A stretch of 64,000 nucleotides of DNA from Candidatus Nomurabacteria bacterium RIFCSPHIGHO2_01_FULL_37_25 (GCA_001786765.1 MFTH01000010.1:34105-98104), one strand, 5' to 3'; positions 41,664-52,080 are shown, counted from the stretch's first letter. Numbers and translations are program-made. The notes: a model not told the origin generated them from the sequence alone.

Positions 41664-42344
41664 TTATTTTTTTTCTGTCTTTTCTTCTTTGGTTGATGTA
41701 GCGACAGCTTCTGCGTCTTCAGCTCCTTTCTCTTCTTTTTTGCCCTTCTTTTCAACCTCAATGGCAGATAAATCAACCGATGCGGTAACTTCTTTTTCTT
41801 CTACTTGCGCAATAATAGAAGCGACAACTTCAGCGCCGGAAGTGACAGCCACAACACCGTCCGGCAATTTTATATCGGAAACTAAAATATTATTTTCAAG
41901 ACTTTTAAGCGAAGAAATATCGACTGTTAAATTATGCGGCAAGTCTTTCGGTAATGCTTCTATCTCAATCTCATGAAGCACTTTAACGAGATTCCCAATT
42001 CCACTTTTAACAGCGCCGGCTATGCCTTCAAAAACAAGTGGCGCTTTAATGCGTATCTTCTTTTTCATATCTATAGCCAAAAAATCTACATGTATCGGCT
42101 CGTCTGTCACTGGGTCAACTTGAACTTCATGAATAAGCGCGTCTACATCGCCATTTGCAGTTGAGATTTTGATAGCAGAAGACTCCCCCGCATCTCGCCA
42201 GATTTTTTTAAATTCAATATTCGATAGCGTTACAGAAGTGGTAGTTTCTCCCGCGCCATAAAACACAGCTGGAATTTTCCCGGATTTTCTTAAAAAACTT
42301 AATTTAACATCTTTGTCTCTCTTGTCAGCTTTGATTATAAACAT
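41664..42344 (-). CDS. rplY: 50S ribosomal protein L25/Ctc
   Basis: GKIPAVFYG, QVDPV...HVDF. Confidence 0.95.
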   Translation of the reverse strand: MFIIKADKRDKDVKLSFLRKSGKIPAVFYGAGETTTSVTLSNIEFKKIWRDAGESSAIKISTANGDVDALIHEVQVDPVTDEPIHVDFLAIDMKKKIRIKAPLVFEGIAGAVKSGIGNLVKVLHEIEIEALPKDLPHNLTVDISSLKSLENNILVSDIKLPDGVVAVTSGAEVVASIIAQVEEKEVTASVDLSAIEVEKKGKKEEKGAEDAEAVATSTKEEKTEKK

Positions 42345-42437
42345 AAAAATAGTATACAGAAAAAAAAGAAAAAAGCAACTTTATACGCTTAATAAATAAC
42401 TTTTATTTTAATTCTTATGTTATATTAATTAAGCTTG

Positions 42438-42516
42438 TCCCGTTAGAGATAACGGAATTAATGCTATGTTATATAATTAACTCACAAAAAAATATTTATG
42501 AAAATCTCTAACGGGA
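42438..42516. mobile_element. Start-codon element at rnr
   Basis: Perfect 13-bp TIR TCCCGTTAGAGAT/ATCTCTAACGGGA; last A is the A of ATG 42516; left TSD not conserved. Confidence 0.85.
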
Positions 42517-44564
42517 TGAAAAAAAACCAAATAAAAAGACTCGAGGGTATCATGTCTATTTCCTCAAAAGGCGTTGGATATGTAAAAGTTCCAGAATTGA
42601 AAGAAGATATAGAAATTGATTCAAAATACTTGAATACTGCTATGCATGGAGATACTGTGGAAATCATTTTACATCCTAAAGAAAAAAGTCGCTCCGCTTA
42701 TGCCAAAGGCTACGGCGAGAGAAAACAAACAGCCGAAGTATCAAAAATAATTTCTCGTATTAAAACTTGTTTTGCCGGGGTTTTAGAATCGGAACCCTCT
42801 AAGTTTGGAACAAAAAATAATATTTATTTTTTGAAACCAGACGATACGAAAATGTACACAGATATTTTGATACCTGAAAGAGCGTTGCACGAAGCGAAAG
42901 CGGGGCAAAAAGTTTTTGTGGAAATAGTTTCATGGGAAAATGCAAACAAAGCGCCAGAGGGAAAAGTAATTAAAATTTTAGGTCAACCCGGAGATAATGA
43001 TACAGAAATGCATGCAATCGCCATGGAAAAAGGTTTTGATAGCGAATTTCCAAGAAAAGTGAAAGATGAGGCTAAAAATATCTCCGCCCACAATAAACAC
43101 GCGTCAGACAAAAAAGAAAATGATTATGCGGAACGACGCGATTTTAGAAAAATCTTAACTTTCACTATTGACCCAATAGACGCAAAAGACTTTGATGATG
43201 CAATTTCTTTCCAAGAATTAAAAAATAGCGAATACGAAATAGGTATTCATATCGCTGACGTTTCGCATTATGTAAAAGTCGGTAGCGCTCTTGATGATGA
43301 AGCGCGCCAGCGTGGAACTTCGGTGTATTTAGTAGATAGAACAATACCCATGCTCCCAGAAGAACTATCAAACGATTTATGCAGTTTAGTGCCAAATAAA
43401 GACAGACTCACAATGAGCGCAGTTTTTATAATAGACAAAAATGCCAAAATAAAAAGTGAGTGGTATGGACGCACTGTGATACATTCTCAAAAAAGATTTA
43501 CTTATGAAGAGGCTGGCGAGACAATCAAAAAAGCTAATGCTCCGCTCCATAAAGAATTATCAATCTTAAACAATCTGGCAAAAAAATTAACTTTAGATCG
43601 ATTTGCGCAGGGAGCAATATCTCTAGACCAAGAAGAAGTAAAATTTGTATTAGATCCTAAAGGAGTACCGATAAAAGTGGTGGTGAAAGAGCGTGGTGAT
43701 TCAAATAAGTTAATTGAGGAATTTATGCTTTTAGCTAATAAAAAAGTGGCTGAAGTATTATCTCCAAAATTATTTCAAGAGCGTCCTGATAAAAAAGCGG
43801 AAAAAGAAAATAGCGTATCTCTTTATCGCATACACGATTTACCCAGTAAAGAAAAAATGGCGGATTTGGCTTTTTTCTTACAAAGCTTGGGACACAAAGT
43901 AACTCTCCGAGATGGAATTATCCCCAGTTATGAGATAAATAATCTTCTGAAAAAATTAGCGGGGAAAAATGAAGAAAATACTGTGCAACGAGCAGTAGTG
44001 AGGTCTATGGCTAAAGCAATTTATTCCACTAAAAATATAGGACATTATGGGCTCGCATTTCCTTATTATACTCATTTTACTTCTCCAATTAGAAGATACC
44101 CAGACATTGTGGTGCATAGATTGCTCAATGATTATCTTGCAAAGAAAAAAGTTGGAAAAACCTCGCCCGACTCCCCCGTAAATATATGGCCAAAAGAAAA
44201 ATTGCTTGAATATGAAAAAATTGCCAGAATTTCATCCGAACAAGAAAAGCGCGCTTCTGACGCCGAAAGAATTTCAATAAAATACAAACAGGTTGAATAT
44301 ATGAGCAAACGTCTTGGAGAAAGTTTTGTGGGAGTGATAAGTGGCATAACAGAATGGGGTATTTATGTGGAAGAGATAGAAACCAAATGTGAAGGATTAG
44401 CGCGAGTGCGAGATATGAAAGACGACTTTTACATTTTTAATGAAAAAAAACTTGAATTGACTGGACAAAAAAACAAAAATAAATACCGTTTGGGTGATCG
44501 TGTTAAAATAAAAGTAAAGGGAGTTGATTTAGAAAGAAAAACAATAGACTATGTTTTGATATGA
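42516..44564 (+). CDS. rnr: Ribonuclease R
   Basis: TIDPIDAKDFDDA, HIADVS, HFTSPIRRYPD, S1 domain; the ATG at 42498 lies inside the element. Confidence 0.95.
   Translation: MKKNQIKRLEGIMSISSKGVGYVKVPELKEDIEIDSKYLNTAMHGDTVEIILHPKEKSRSAYAKGYGERKQTAEVSKIISRIKTCFAGVLESEPSKFGTKNNIYFLKPDDTKMYTDILIPERALHEAKAGQKVFVEIVSWENANKAPEGKVIKILGQPGDNDTEMHAIAMEKGFDSEFPRKVKDEAKNISAHNKHASDKKENDYAERRDFRKILTFTIDPIDAKDFDDAISFQELKNSEYEIGIHIADVSHYVKVGSALDDEARQRGTSVYLVDRTIPMLPEELSNDLCSLVPNKDRLTMSAVFIIDKNAKIKSEWYGRTVIHSQKRFTYEEAGETIKKANAPLHKELSILNNLAKKLTLDRFAQGAISLDQEEVKFVLDPKGVPIKVVVKERGDSNKLIEEFMLLANKKVAEVLSPKLFQERPDKKAEKENSVSLYRIHDLPSKEKMADLAFFLQSLGHKVTLRDGIIPSYEINNLLKKLAGKNEENTVQRAVVRSMAKAIYSTKNIGHYGLAFPYYTHFTSPIRRYPDIVVHRLLNDYLAKKKVGKTSPDSPVNIWPKEKLLEYEKIARISSEQEKRASDAERISIKYKQVEYMSKRLGESFVGVISGITEWGIYVEEIETKCEGLARVRDMKDDFYIFNEKKLELTGQKNKNKYRLGDRVKIKVKGVDLERKTIDYVLI
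42692..42718. repeat. In-frame REP-like insertion in rnr (SAYAKGYGE)
   Basis: CTCCGCTTATGCCAAAGGCTACGGCGAG, GC-rich imperfect palindrome. Confidence 0.5.
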
Positions 44565-46504
44565 AACAAAATCTAAATCAAAAAACTTTACAGATAATTA
44601 AATTATTTTTTTGGACGCTATTTCCTATCATCTTAGGTGTTTTTCTTGTTTCACTTGTAATAATCATTTTTAATAAAATTAATTATGCGAAAATACAGGA
44701 AACAGGAAACAACACAGCAATAGCCATACAATCTCTAACTCCAGAAGAAATAAAAGAAGAAAAACCCAGATATTTCTATTTAAATAATGCTAGTGAAGAG
44801 CCTAAGGTCGGAGCCATTGCGTACTTGGTCGGAGACTTGAATACAGGCGAAGTAATACTGTCAAAAAATCAGAATCAGAAATTTCCAATCGCTTCTGTTT
44901 CTAAACTTATGACTGCATTGGTTACAAGAGAGATAACAAATCAAAATGATGTTGCGCAAGTAAGCAAAAAAGCTTTAGCCACAAAGGGCACAAATGGCAA
45001 TCTCCGGGTAGGAGAAAAAATAAAAACTACAGATTTATTATATCCCCTTCTTTTAGAATCAAGCAACGATGCCGCAGAAGTGCTCGCAGAACATTTTGGA
45101 CGAGACATTTTTATAAAAAAAATGAACCAACAATCTGAAATATTAAAAATGTCAGAAACATTCTATAAAGACCCGAGCGGGCTGTCAGAGAAAAATCAAT
45201 CAACCGTTTCAGATATATTTAAGTTAGTTGGATACTTGAATCAGCAAAAGAAAGATTTATTAGAGATAACAACAAAGCGAAGTTATTCAAATAAAAAACA
45301 CAGCTGGTCAAATATCAACCAATTCATACAAAAAGACGGATATTTTGGCGGCAAAAGCGGATATACAGACCCCGCTAAACAAACTGTCGTTTCTCTTTTC
45401 AATCTACCCCTTGGCCAAACGGGCTATCGCCCTATCGCTATCACTTTATTGCAAAGCGCTGATCGACAGAGGGACGTGGAAACTATTTTAAAATATTTAA
45501 ATAAAAATATATATTATGGAGGATCAGCCGATGCGAATACAAACTGGGTGGAAGAAAGGGTTGGTATGCCAAATATTAAAGACTTGGATTTCGTAACACT
45601 AGCTTTCGGGGGTGATATAATGCTTGATCGCGGAGTAAAAAATTCAGTCAGAAAAAATTTCAACAATGATTACTCTAAACTTTTTGAAAAACCAGATTTG
45701 GTTAACTTATTAAAAAAAGTTGACATTATCTTTGCTAATCTGGAAGGCGCAGCCTCAGATAAAGGCGCGGATTTAAAAAATTTATATTCTTTCAGGATGG
45801 ATCCGACGGTTGTCCCAGCTTTAAAAAATGCAGGTATGAGTATCTTGTCAGTAGCTAATAATCATATCGGGGACTTCGGTCGTATTGCTTTTATTGACAC
45901 ACTTGGGCTCTTAAAAGAAAATGAAATACTTTACACCGGAGGAGGAATAGATAAAACAGAAGCCGAAAAGCCTGTGATTATTGAAAAATACGGAATAAAA
46001 ATTGGATTTCTTGGTTTCTCAGACAAAGGACCGGACTACATGATAGCGGATAAAGAAAAAGCGGGCATACTTCTTGCAAATGATCCAAACTTTGATGAAA
46101 TAATAAAAAATGCTAGCGAACAAGTTGACTACCTGGTTGTCTCATTTCACTTTGGCGAAGAATATCAAACAAAACACAATGAAAGACAGAAATATCTGGC
46201 TCATAAAGCCGTGGACAATGGCGCAAAAATAATAATAGGACACCACCCGCATGTTATACAAGACACAGAAATTTATAAAAATAGTTTCATCATTTATTCA
46301 CTCGGAAATTTTATTTTTGATCAAACATTCAGCGCTGAAACCATGGAAGGTATGCTCCTTAATATTAAATTATGGAGAGACAGAAATATGACAGTTAGAA
46401 AAGACATACTAAAATTAAATAAAACTTTCCAACCGGATAAAATCATCAAAGGCAAAGAGGAAAAGATAAAATTTGAAGATACAAAAATACAAGAAAGATT
46501 ATGA
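44561..46504 (+). CDS. D-Ala-D-Ala carboxypeptidase (S11) fused to CapA/PGA_cap domain
   Basis: SVSK, SSN, KSG; GDIMLDR, NLE, ANNH, HFG.E, GHHPHV, YSLGNF. Confidence 0.88.
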   Translation: MKQNLNQKTLQIIKLFFWTLFPIILGVFLVSLVIIIFNKINYAKIQETGNNTAIAIQSLTPEEIKEEKPRYFYLNNASEEPKVGAIAYLVGDLNTGEVILSKNQNQKFPIASVSKLMTALVTREITNQNDVAQVSKKALATKGTNGNLRVGEKIKTTDLLYPLLLESSNDAAEVLAEHFGRDIFIKKMNQQSEILKMSETFYKDPSGLSEKNQSTVSDIFKLVGYLNQQKKDLLEITTKRSYSNKKHSWSNINQFIQKDGYFGGKSGYTDPAKQTVVSLFNLPLGQTGYRPIAITLLQSADRQRDVETILKYLNKNIYYGGSADANTNWVEERVGMPNIKDLDFVTLAFGGDIMLDRGVKNSVRKNFNNDYSKLFEKPDLVNLLKKVDIIFANLEGAASDKGADLKNLYSFRMDPTVVPALKNAGMSILSVANNHIGDFGRIAFIDTLGLLKENEILYTGGGIDKTEAEKPVIIEKYGIKIGFLGFSDKGPDYMIADKEKAGILLANDPNFDEIIKNASEQVDYLVVSFHFGEEYQTKHNERQKYLAHKAVDNGAKIIIGHHPHVIQDTEIYKNSFIIYSLGNFIFDQTFSAETMEGMLLNIKLWRDRNMTVRKDILKLNKTFQPDKIIKGKEEKIKFEDTKIQERL

Positions 46505-46536
46505 GTAGACTCTGTATATGATAAAATTACTCATCT

Positions 46537-46570
46537 GTCTAAGATTTCCGCATATGCGGAAATCTTAGAC
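46537..46570. repeat. Perfect 34-bp palindrome GTCTAAGATTTCCGCATATGCGGAAATCTTAGAC
   Basis: Between convergent genes; same family as 20001, 51428 and 52080. Confidence 0.85.
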
Positions 46571-46572
46571 TC

Positions 46573-47151
46573 TTAGACATGGTATCCGGCTTTTGTAAGC
46601 AATTCTTTTAATAAGTGTATCGGCATACCAACGATACTTTCTTCGTTACCCTCAATTTTTTTAACATAGGGTCTTAAAATGGGATGCTGAACACCAAAAC
46701 CACCAGCTCGACCAAGCGGATCTCCAATTTTTATAAAATTTTCAATTACAGACTCTGAAAATGGATTCCAAAAAACTTGCGCCTTAGCAACACCCTCATA
46801 ATATACTCCTGTGGCAGTGTTAAAGATAACAATGGCTGTTACCCCTTCCGGAGCCACGCCTGCGCTATATTCTCTCAGAAATTTACGCGCTTCTTCTTCC
46901 GACTCCGGTTTTTCCCTCAGTTTTCCATTACACACTGCAACAGCATCAGAAGTAATAAGAAGGGCTGGCTCGTTAATTTTTGATATAAGAACATTCGCCT
47001 TAGCCCTCGCTAGCAAAAGCGGTCTTTTATATGGATCATTCTCTATGATTTCTTTTTCATCTAACTCAGGAATTAAAACTTCAAAAACATAACCCGCTTT
47101 TTCCATGAGATCCTTTCTATATTTAGAAGATGAGCCAAGAATTAATTTCAT
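46573..47151 (-). CDS. maf: Maf nucleoside triphosphate pyrophosphatase
   Basis: LILGSSSKYR, KA, SD, EKP, AGGFGVQ, IVGMP. Confidence 0.92.
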   Translation of the reverse strand: MKLILGSSSKYRKDLMEKAGYVFEVLIPELDEKEIIENDPYKRPLLLARAKANVLISKINEPALLITSDAVAVCNGKLREKPESEEEARKFLREYSAGVAPEGVTAIVIFNTATGVYYEGVAKAQVFWNPFSESVIENFIKIGDPLGRAGGFGVQHPILRPYVKKIEGNEESIVGMPIHLLKELLTKAGYHV

Positions 47152-47155
47152 AAAA

Positions 47156-49339
47156 TTATTTCGCAATTTGTGTAGCTTCATTAAATTTTACAGAGAGAAG
47201 TTTAGAGGCTCCATTTGCGCCTATTGTGACTCCATAAAGCACTCCAGCGCGAGACATCGTCTCGCGGTTGTGAGTAACGACAATAAGCTGTGAATGTTTA
47301 GAGAGTTTCTCTAACATATCACCGTATTTGCGCGAATTTGCTTCGTCAAGCGCGGCATCGGTTTCATCCAATACCAAAAACGGTGGCGGATTTACTTGAG
47401 ACATAGCGAAGAGAAGGGCTATAGATGTGAGCGACCTCTCTCCGCCTGAGAGCGCATGAAGCTCTTTGACTTTTTTGTGAGGAAGCTTCACATTTATTTC
47501 TATTCCCTGTTCGAGCACGGATTCTTCTTCATCAATAAAGTCTTCCTCTAATTCTATATCTTCATAATTTTTTCCCGACGCTTGCGGTCGGGACCCCGAC
47601 TCCTCTGGGCGTCGGGACTTTTTATTTTCAACAACAATAGCAAGAGAACCTGTACCCCCATCGAACATTAGAGAAAAGAATTCTTGAAATTCCACATTTA
47701 TCTTTTTGATACCCTCTTTAAACTCTACATCAATTTTCTCTTTCAATTCTGCTATAAGCTTTTGTAATGATTCAACGCTTTTTGTTAAATCTTCTAATTC
47801 TTTTGCTAAAAATTGGTCCCGTTCTGAGACTTCTTTAAATTCTTTCAAAACCTCTGCTCCACTACCAACACCGGTATCTTCTAATTTTATTTTTAGGCGT
47901 TCAATTTTTTTCTTTAGTTCTTCTTGAGTAATTTCTTCTGCATTACCCTTTTTAATTTCATAATCTTTATAAGACAAAACAAGAGCTCCAATGAGCGCGA
48001 CGCCTTCTTTGATCTCATTATGAAAAGCTTCTGTCCGATTTTTTAAATTTCCCTCTTTGATAATTACCAACTCTAAAGCCGAAGACAGCTCCTGATGCTT
48101 AACTTTGAATTTAAATTTTTCTTTTTCAAGATCACGCAAAGATTCTATTTCTTTGTTTATCTCTTGCTTTAATGCTTCTATTTGCGCATTTAATTCTTTT
48201 TCTTTATTTTCTATATCTCGCGCCTCCTCTAGAAGACTAGACTGCGAAACTTTTAATTCTATTAGTTCTTTCTCGTTATTCTCTTTATTTTCTATTTGTT
48301 CTTTATTTATTTCTCCTAATTCTTTTCCGCATGTTGGACATCTGCCTAAGAGACCTCCGAGTTTTACTCTATTATTTTTCGCTTCTATCATTCCTTCTAT
48401 TCTGCCGAGCTTGCGTTCTATCTCATTCTTTAGCACTCTAATTCCACTCATTTTTTTCTCAACAATTTTTAATTCTTCAATTTTCTTATTCCCCTTAATA
48501 GAATTGCCGACTTCAATATCATGAATCTTGGGAGTTATCTGTTTTAGTTCATCGTTAATTTTATTTCTTTCGACTAACAAGCCAGATAATTCTAAATCTA
48601 AATAAATACTTTCTTTCTTGAAATATTCTCTATAGAAAGTCGAGAGCTCAATCTGCATTTCTTTCACTTTCTCAAGCTTCTCTACTTGTTTCTTCAAAAA
48701 ATTAAAATGCGGGGCGTTTTCTCTTCGTAACATTACTACTTCTTTCATATTATTAGATGTTCGTTCCAACTTGCGCTCGGATTCTTTTATTTTATATTGA
48801 TATATCTTAAGCCCGAGCGCATCTTCCACCATTTCTTTTCTATCTTTTGGACTCGCATTTAAAATCCTATCCGCTTCGCCTTGCGAAATAATATGATGCC
48901 CAGAGGAGCCGATGTTTACAGAAGCTAAAAGATTATGAACATCTTTTAACCTTACTTCTTCTCCATTTAGAATATATTTATTTAATCCGTCAGAATGCAC
49001 CTCGCGAGAAATAATGATGGTGTCATAATTTAGATTTATATTTTCCCCCGTATCATTTTCAAGTTTAAAAATTTTATCGGAATTATTGAAATATATCGCG
49101 ACATTTGCTCTGGAGCCTTTAGACAAGCTTTTTGACCCTTTGAAAATAAGATCAAGTCCCGACTTTCCACGCATTGACTTCATTGATTGTTCACCTAAGA
49201 CATAACGAAGAGCCTCCACTACATTAGATTTTCCAGAACCATTGGGACCGACGATGCAAACAATAGGACTCTCAAATTCCAAAACAGTTTTTTGAGCAAA
49301 AGATTTAAAACCATTTATTTCAAGAGTTTTGAGCCTCAT
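47156..49339 (-). CDS. smc: Short SMC-family ATPase (no hinge; central CPTCG)
   Basis: GFKSF, GPNGSGKSN, ISQG, LSGGE, LDETDAALDEAN. Confidence 0.88.
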   Translation of the reverse strand: MRLKTLEINGFKSFAQKTVLEFESPIVCIVGPNGSGKSNVVEALRYVLGEQSMKSMRGKSGLDLIFKGSKSLSKGSRANVAIYFNNSDKIFKLENDTGENINLNYDTIIISREVHSDGLNKYILNGEEVRLKDVHNLLASVNIGSSGHHIISQGEADRILNASPKDRKEMVEDALGLKIYQYKIKESERKLERTSNNMKEVVMLRRENAPHFNFLKKQVEKLEKVKEMQIELSTFYREYFKKESIYLDLELSGLLVERNKINDELKQITPKIHDIEVGNSIKGNKKIEELKIVEKKMSGIRVLKNEIERKLGRIEGMIEAKNNRVKLGGLLGRCPTCGKELGEINKEQIENKENNEKELIELKVSQSSLLEEARDIENKEKELNAQIEALKQEINKEIESLRDLEKEKFKFKVKHQELSSALELVIIKEGNLKNRTEAFHNEIKEGVALIGALVLSYKDYEIKKGNAEEITQEELKKKIERLKIKLEDTGVGSGAEVLKEFKEVSERDQFLAKELEDLTKSVESLQKLIAELKEKIDVEFKEGIKKINVEFQEFFSLMFDGGTGSLAIVVENKKSRRPEESGSRPQASGKNYEDIELEEDFIDEEESVLEQGIEINVKLPHKKVKELHALSGGERSLTSIALLFAMSQVNPPPFLVLDETDAALDEANSRKYGDMLEKLSKHSQLIVVTHNRETMSRAGVLYGVTIGANGASKLLSVKFNEATQIAK
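47573..47617. repeat. CCGAC/GTCGG double hairpin in frame in smc
   Basis: 45 bp; encodes SRRPEESGSRPQASG, homologous to the atpC insert. Confidence 0.8.
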
Positions 49340-49354
49340 ATTCTGTATTTTCTA

Positions 49355-50050
49355 TTAATCCATCCAATTTTTGACTTTTAATGCCATTTCAGCGGCTTTT
49401 TGTTCCGCTTCCTGTTTTGATTTACCACGACCTTCAGCTATCAAATTAGACCCAAAAAAAATACCGACTGTAAAATGTTTATCATGGTCTGGACCTGATT
49501 CACTGAGAACTCTGTACGCTGGCGTAAGGTTTATAAATTCCTGCGCTTTTTCCTGCACTAGAGATTTTGCATCACGCCAAAGTTTCTTTGCCACTATTTC
49601 TTCTGTTTTAGGTAAAAGAGATTCGCGTACAAATTTATCTACTGCCTTTATTCCTTGATCCAGATATAAAGCCCCGATATACGCTTCATATGTATTTGCT
49701 AAAATATATTGCCTTGCTTTGCCATTGTCCTTTTTCTCACCCTTGGATAAAAGCAGATAATCATTCATGCCCATAACTGTCGCAACCTCAGAAATAATGA
49801 CAGCGTTGACCAAAGCTGAACGCAAAGCGGTCAATTCCCCTTCTGTGCAATTTGGATATTTTTTGTAAAGAAAATCAGTTACGATAAGTTCCAGCACAGC
49901 ATCACCCAAGAATTCTAAACGCTCATTGTGTGACAGCTTGGTTGATGCATTCTCATTTATGTAAGAACGATGTATAAAAGCCTGCTCTAACAAACTCTTA
50001 TTTTTAAAAATTATCTTAGTTTTTTTCTCAAAATTTGAAAACTGAATCAT
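49355..50050 (-). CDS. rnc: Ribonuclease III
   Basis: HNERLEFLGDAVL, dsRBD SKQEAEQKAA. Confidence 0.97.
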   Translation of the reverse strand: MIQFSNFEKKTKIIFKNKSLLEQAFIHRSYINENASTKLSHNERLEFLGDAVLELIVTDFLYKKYPNCTEGELTALRSALVNAVIISEVATVMGMNDYLLLSKGEKKDNGKARQYILANTYEAYIGALYLDQGIKAVDKFVRESLLPKTEEIVAKKLWRDAKSLVQEKAQEFINLTPAYRVLSESGPDHDKHFTVGIFFGSNLIAEGRGKSKQEAEQKAAEMALKVKNWMD

Positions 50051-50061
50051 ATTTTTTATTT

Positions 50062-51072
50062 TTATTTTTTAAGCTTATCAACTTTTTTTTCATTCCCCTT
50101 TAATATATGAACTGCTTTTGCAATAAGCGGAATAATATCATTATAAATACGAAGCTCCGGCACTTCTGTCATCTCAAACCACCTAGCGCCATCAAGTCCA
50201 CCAGACTTTTCTAGCTCCAATTCTTTATACTCGCTATATGCCAAAAAGTAAACAACCTTCTTCAGACTTTTACCACGCTCTGGATGTGTCGCCACATATT
50301 CATTCCTTCCAAGTTCTTCTTTTATTACAATATCCAACCCAATTTCCTTTTTAATCGTTTTTATCGTGGCTTCTTTTATATCTTGATATTCTTCAGCTTT
50401 GCCTTTAGAAAGAGTCCAGTAGCCAAAGACGTCGTGCACAAATGCAAATAAAATAGTATTATCGGTTCCTGATTCTGAACTATTATATGAACCAGTAGGC
50501 TTTTTCGCATATACTAATGCGCCCACTAGATTCTCAACTGGCAATTGAGTAACATCTATTACTTCTTTCTGCTTTTTAGATTCAACATCATTTATATTTT
50601 TTTGATATGTTTTTTTATGTCCTTTGTCGGGCTCGCCTATTTCTTTGTAAACTGCGCCGAGCACACCATTTACAAATTTACCAGAATTTTCCCCGCCGAA
50701 AGTTTTAGCTAATTCTATAGCTTCATTGATTGCCACTTTCGGAGGCACCTGGGACCTATCACCAAACAAAAGTTCAGTTAACCCAATTCGTAGGATATTT
50801 CTATCAACAATAGAGATTTTATCTACCGGCCAGTCTGGCGCAGCCTTTTCCATAATCTCATCAATTATCACTCGCTTTTTTAAAATTTTATCGATTAAAG
50901 AAAATACAAAGGGATCTTCCTCAATCCCAGGAGCAAATTCTTTTAAATTTCTATTTAATGCCGTCTTTATATAGTCGTCAACAAAACTATCCCCTTTTTT
51001 TTCTATAGGTAAGAAATCCCACTCAAAAAGCGTTTGAAGCACTATTGATCTTGAAAGGTGCCTATTTGCCAT
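50062..51072 (-). CDS. nusB: NusB fused to a NUDIX-like domain
   Basis: VDRNILR, VAINEAIELAK, FVNGVLG; WTLSKG...KEIGL. Confidence 0.9.
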   Translation of the reverse strand: MANRHLSRSIVLQTLFEWDFLPIEKKGDSFVDDYIKTALNRNLKEFAPGIEEDPFVFSLIDKILKKRVIIDEIMEKAAPDWPVDKISIVDRNILRIGLTELLFGDRSQVPPKVAINEAIELAKTFGGENSGKFVNGVLGAVYKEIGEPDKGHKKTYQKNINDVESKKQKEVIDVTQLPVENLVGALVYAKKPTGSYNSSESGTDNTILFAFVHDVFGYWTLSKGKAEEYQDIKEATIKTIKKEIGLDIVIKEELGRNEYVATHPERGKSLKKVVYFLAYSEYKELELEKSGGLDGARWFEMTEVPELRIYNDIIPLIAKAVHILKGNEKKVDKLKK

Positions 51073-51094
51073 AAATTAATGAACAAAATGAGAT

Positions 51095-51319
51095 TTATTT
51101 TTCTGCTTGTTTTGCCTTTTCTTTCTTTTGTTTCTTTTCTGCTTTTTTGACTAAATCTAAAACTTTCTTTCCTCGATAAAAACCACAAGACGGACACACT
51201 ACGTGACGTCTTTTCAAAGCTTTGCAATTTTCACATTTGGAAAAACTTGTACTAGCTAAAGCGTGGTGAGAACGCCTATTTCCTGTATGCGATTTTGTGC
51301 TCCTCATTCGTACTACCAT
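51095..51319 (-). CDS. rpmF: 50S ribosomal protein L32
   Basis: RRSH, CENC...HVVCPSCGFYRG. Confidence 0.95.
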   Translation of the reverse strand: MVVRMRSTKSHTGNRRSHHALASTSFSKCENCKALKRRHVVCPSCGFYRGKKVLDLVKKAEKKQKKEKAKQAEK

Positions 51320-51427
51320 AATATTTATATCCTAACATATTAGAAGCGAAATGCAATTTTTTTTCAATTTTCTATAAGTTTATGATTGCCAGAAAGTAAA
51401 CGTCTTCTTATTTTTTCCCAACTTTTA

Positions 51428-51448
51428 CGCATATGCTAGAATCTTATG
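51428..51448. repeat. Inverted flank downstream of the PaaX-like gene
   Basis: Exact reverse complement of 52078-52098. Confidence 0.85.
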
Positions 51449-51459
51449 AAAAAGATAAA

Positions 51460-52080
51460 TTAAAATAAATGAAAATTTTTCTTTAACTTTTCTTCTCTTA
51501 AGAAGTTTTCTACAGTCAAAACCTCCACATATTTCCCCACTCCAAAGAAATCAGCAATAAAGATTATTTCGTCTTCACAAGGATAAGGATAAATCCAAGC
51601 GGATTTTTGAAATTGGAAAAAATTTAATTCTTTCAAATGATACCGTAATGCTTCTCTACCTTTTGTAAATCTCATCGGAATATCAAACATAACTAATCTC
51701 CATTTGCTATCCCATCTTTTTGGCTTGTTAATCTTCATCAGCTCAATATCGAAAGCTCTGAGTCTCGTATTTCCTTTTTTAGTAATTTTTACTATAGTTT
51801 TTCCGTTCTTGTCAGCGACATATTCTATGAGTTTTTGACGTCTAATATTATCAATAGCGCTTTGTATTTGTTTTTTAGAATACTTTTTAGATCCTTCAAA
51901 CATCTTAAAACATTGCACTGCATTACCCATAACTCCTGCGCCCAACACCAGCATAGGCATTAAAGATACAGCCAACACACAAAGAGCAACTGTGGAAATT
52001 TTTGCTTCAGTTGTATCAGACTCTAAAAAATCTTTTAATCTCTTTGAATACCCTGCTTTATTATTTTTTCCCATATACAT
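51460..52080 (-). CDS. PaaX-like protein (wHTH + Cas2-like central domain)
   Basis: ITKKG wing; WDSKWRLVMFDIP...R..LR..L...F.QFQKSAW. Confidence 0.8.
   Translation of the reverse strand: MYMGKNNKAGYSKRLKDFLESDTTEAKISTVALCVLAVSLMPMLVLGAGVMGNAVQCFKMFEGSKKYSKKQIQSAIDNIRRQKLIEYVADKNGKTIVKITKKGNTRLRAFDIELMKINKPKRWDSKWRLVMFDIPMRFTKGREALRYHLKELNFFQFQKSAWIYPYPCEDEIIFIADFFGVGKYVEVLTVENFLREEKLKKNFHLF

Noticed and set aside
51460-52080. Cas2 of a CRISPR-Cas system
   Set aside because: No cas1 or other cas genes and no repeat-spacer array; the N-terminal wHTH and WD.KWR motif fit PaaX-like proteins.
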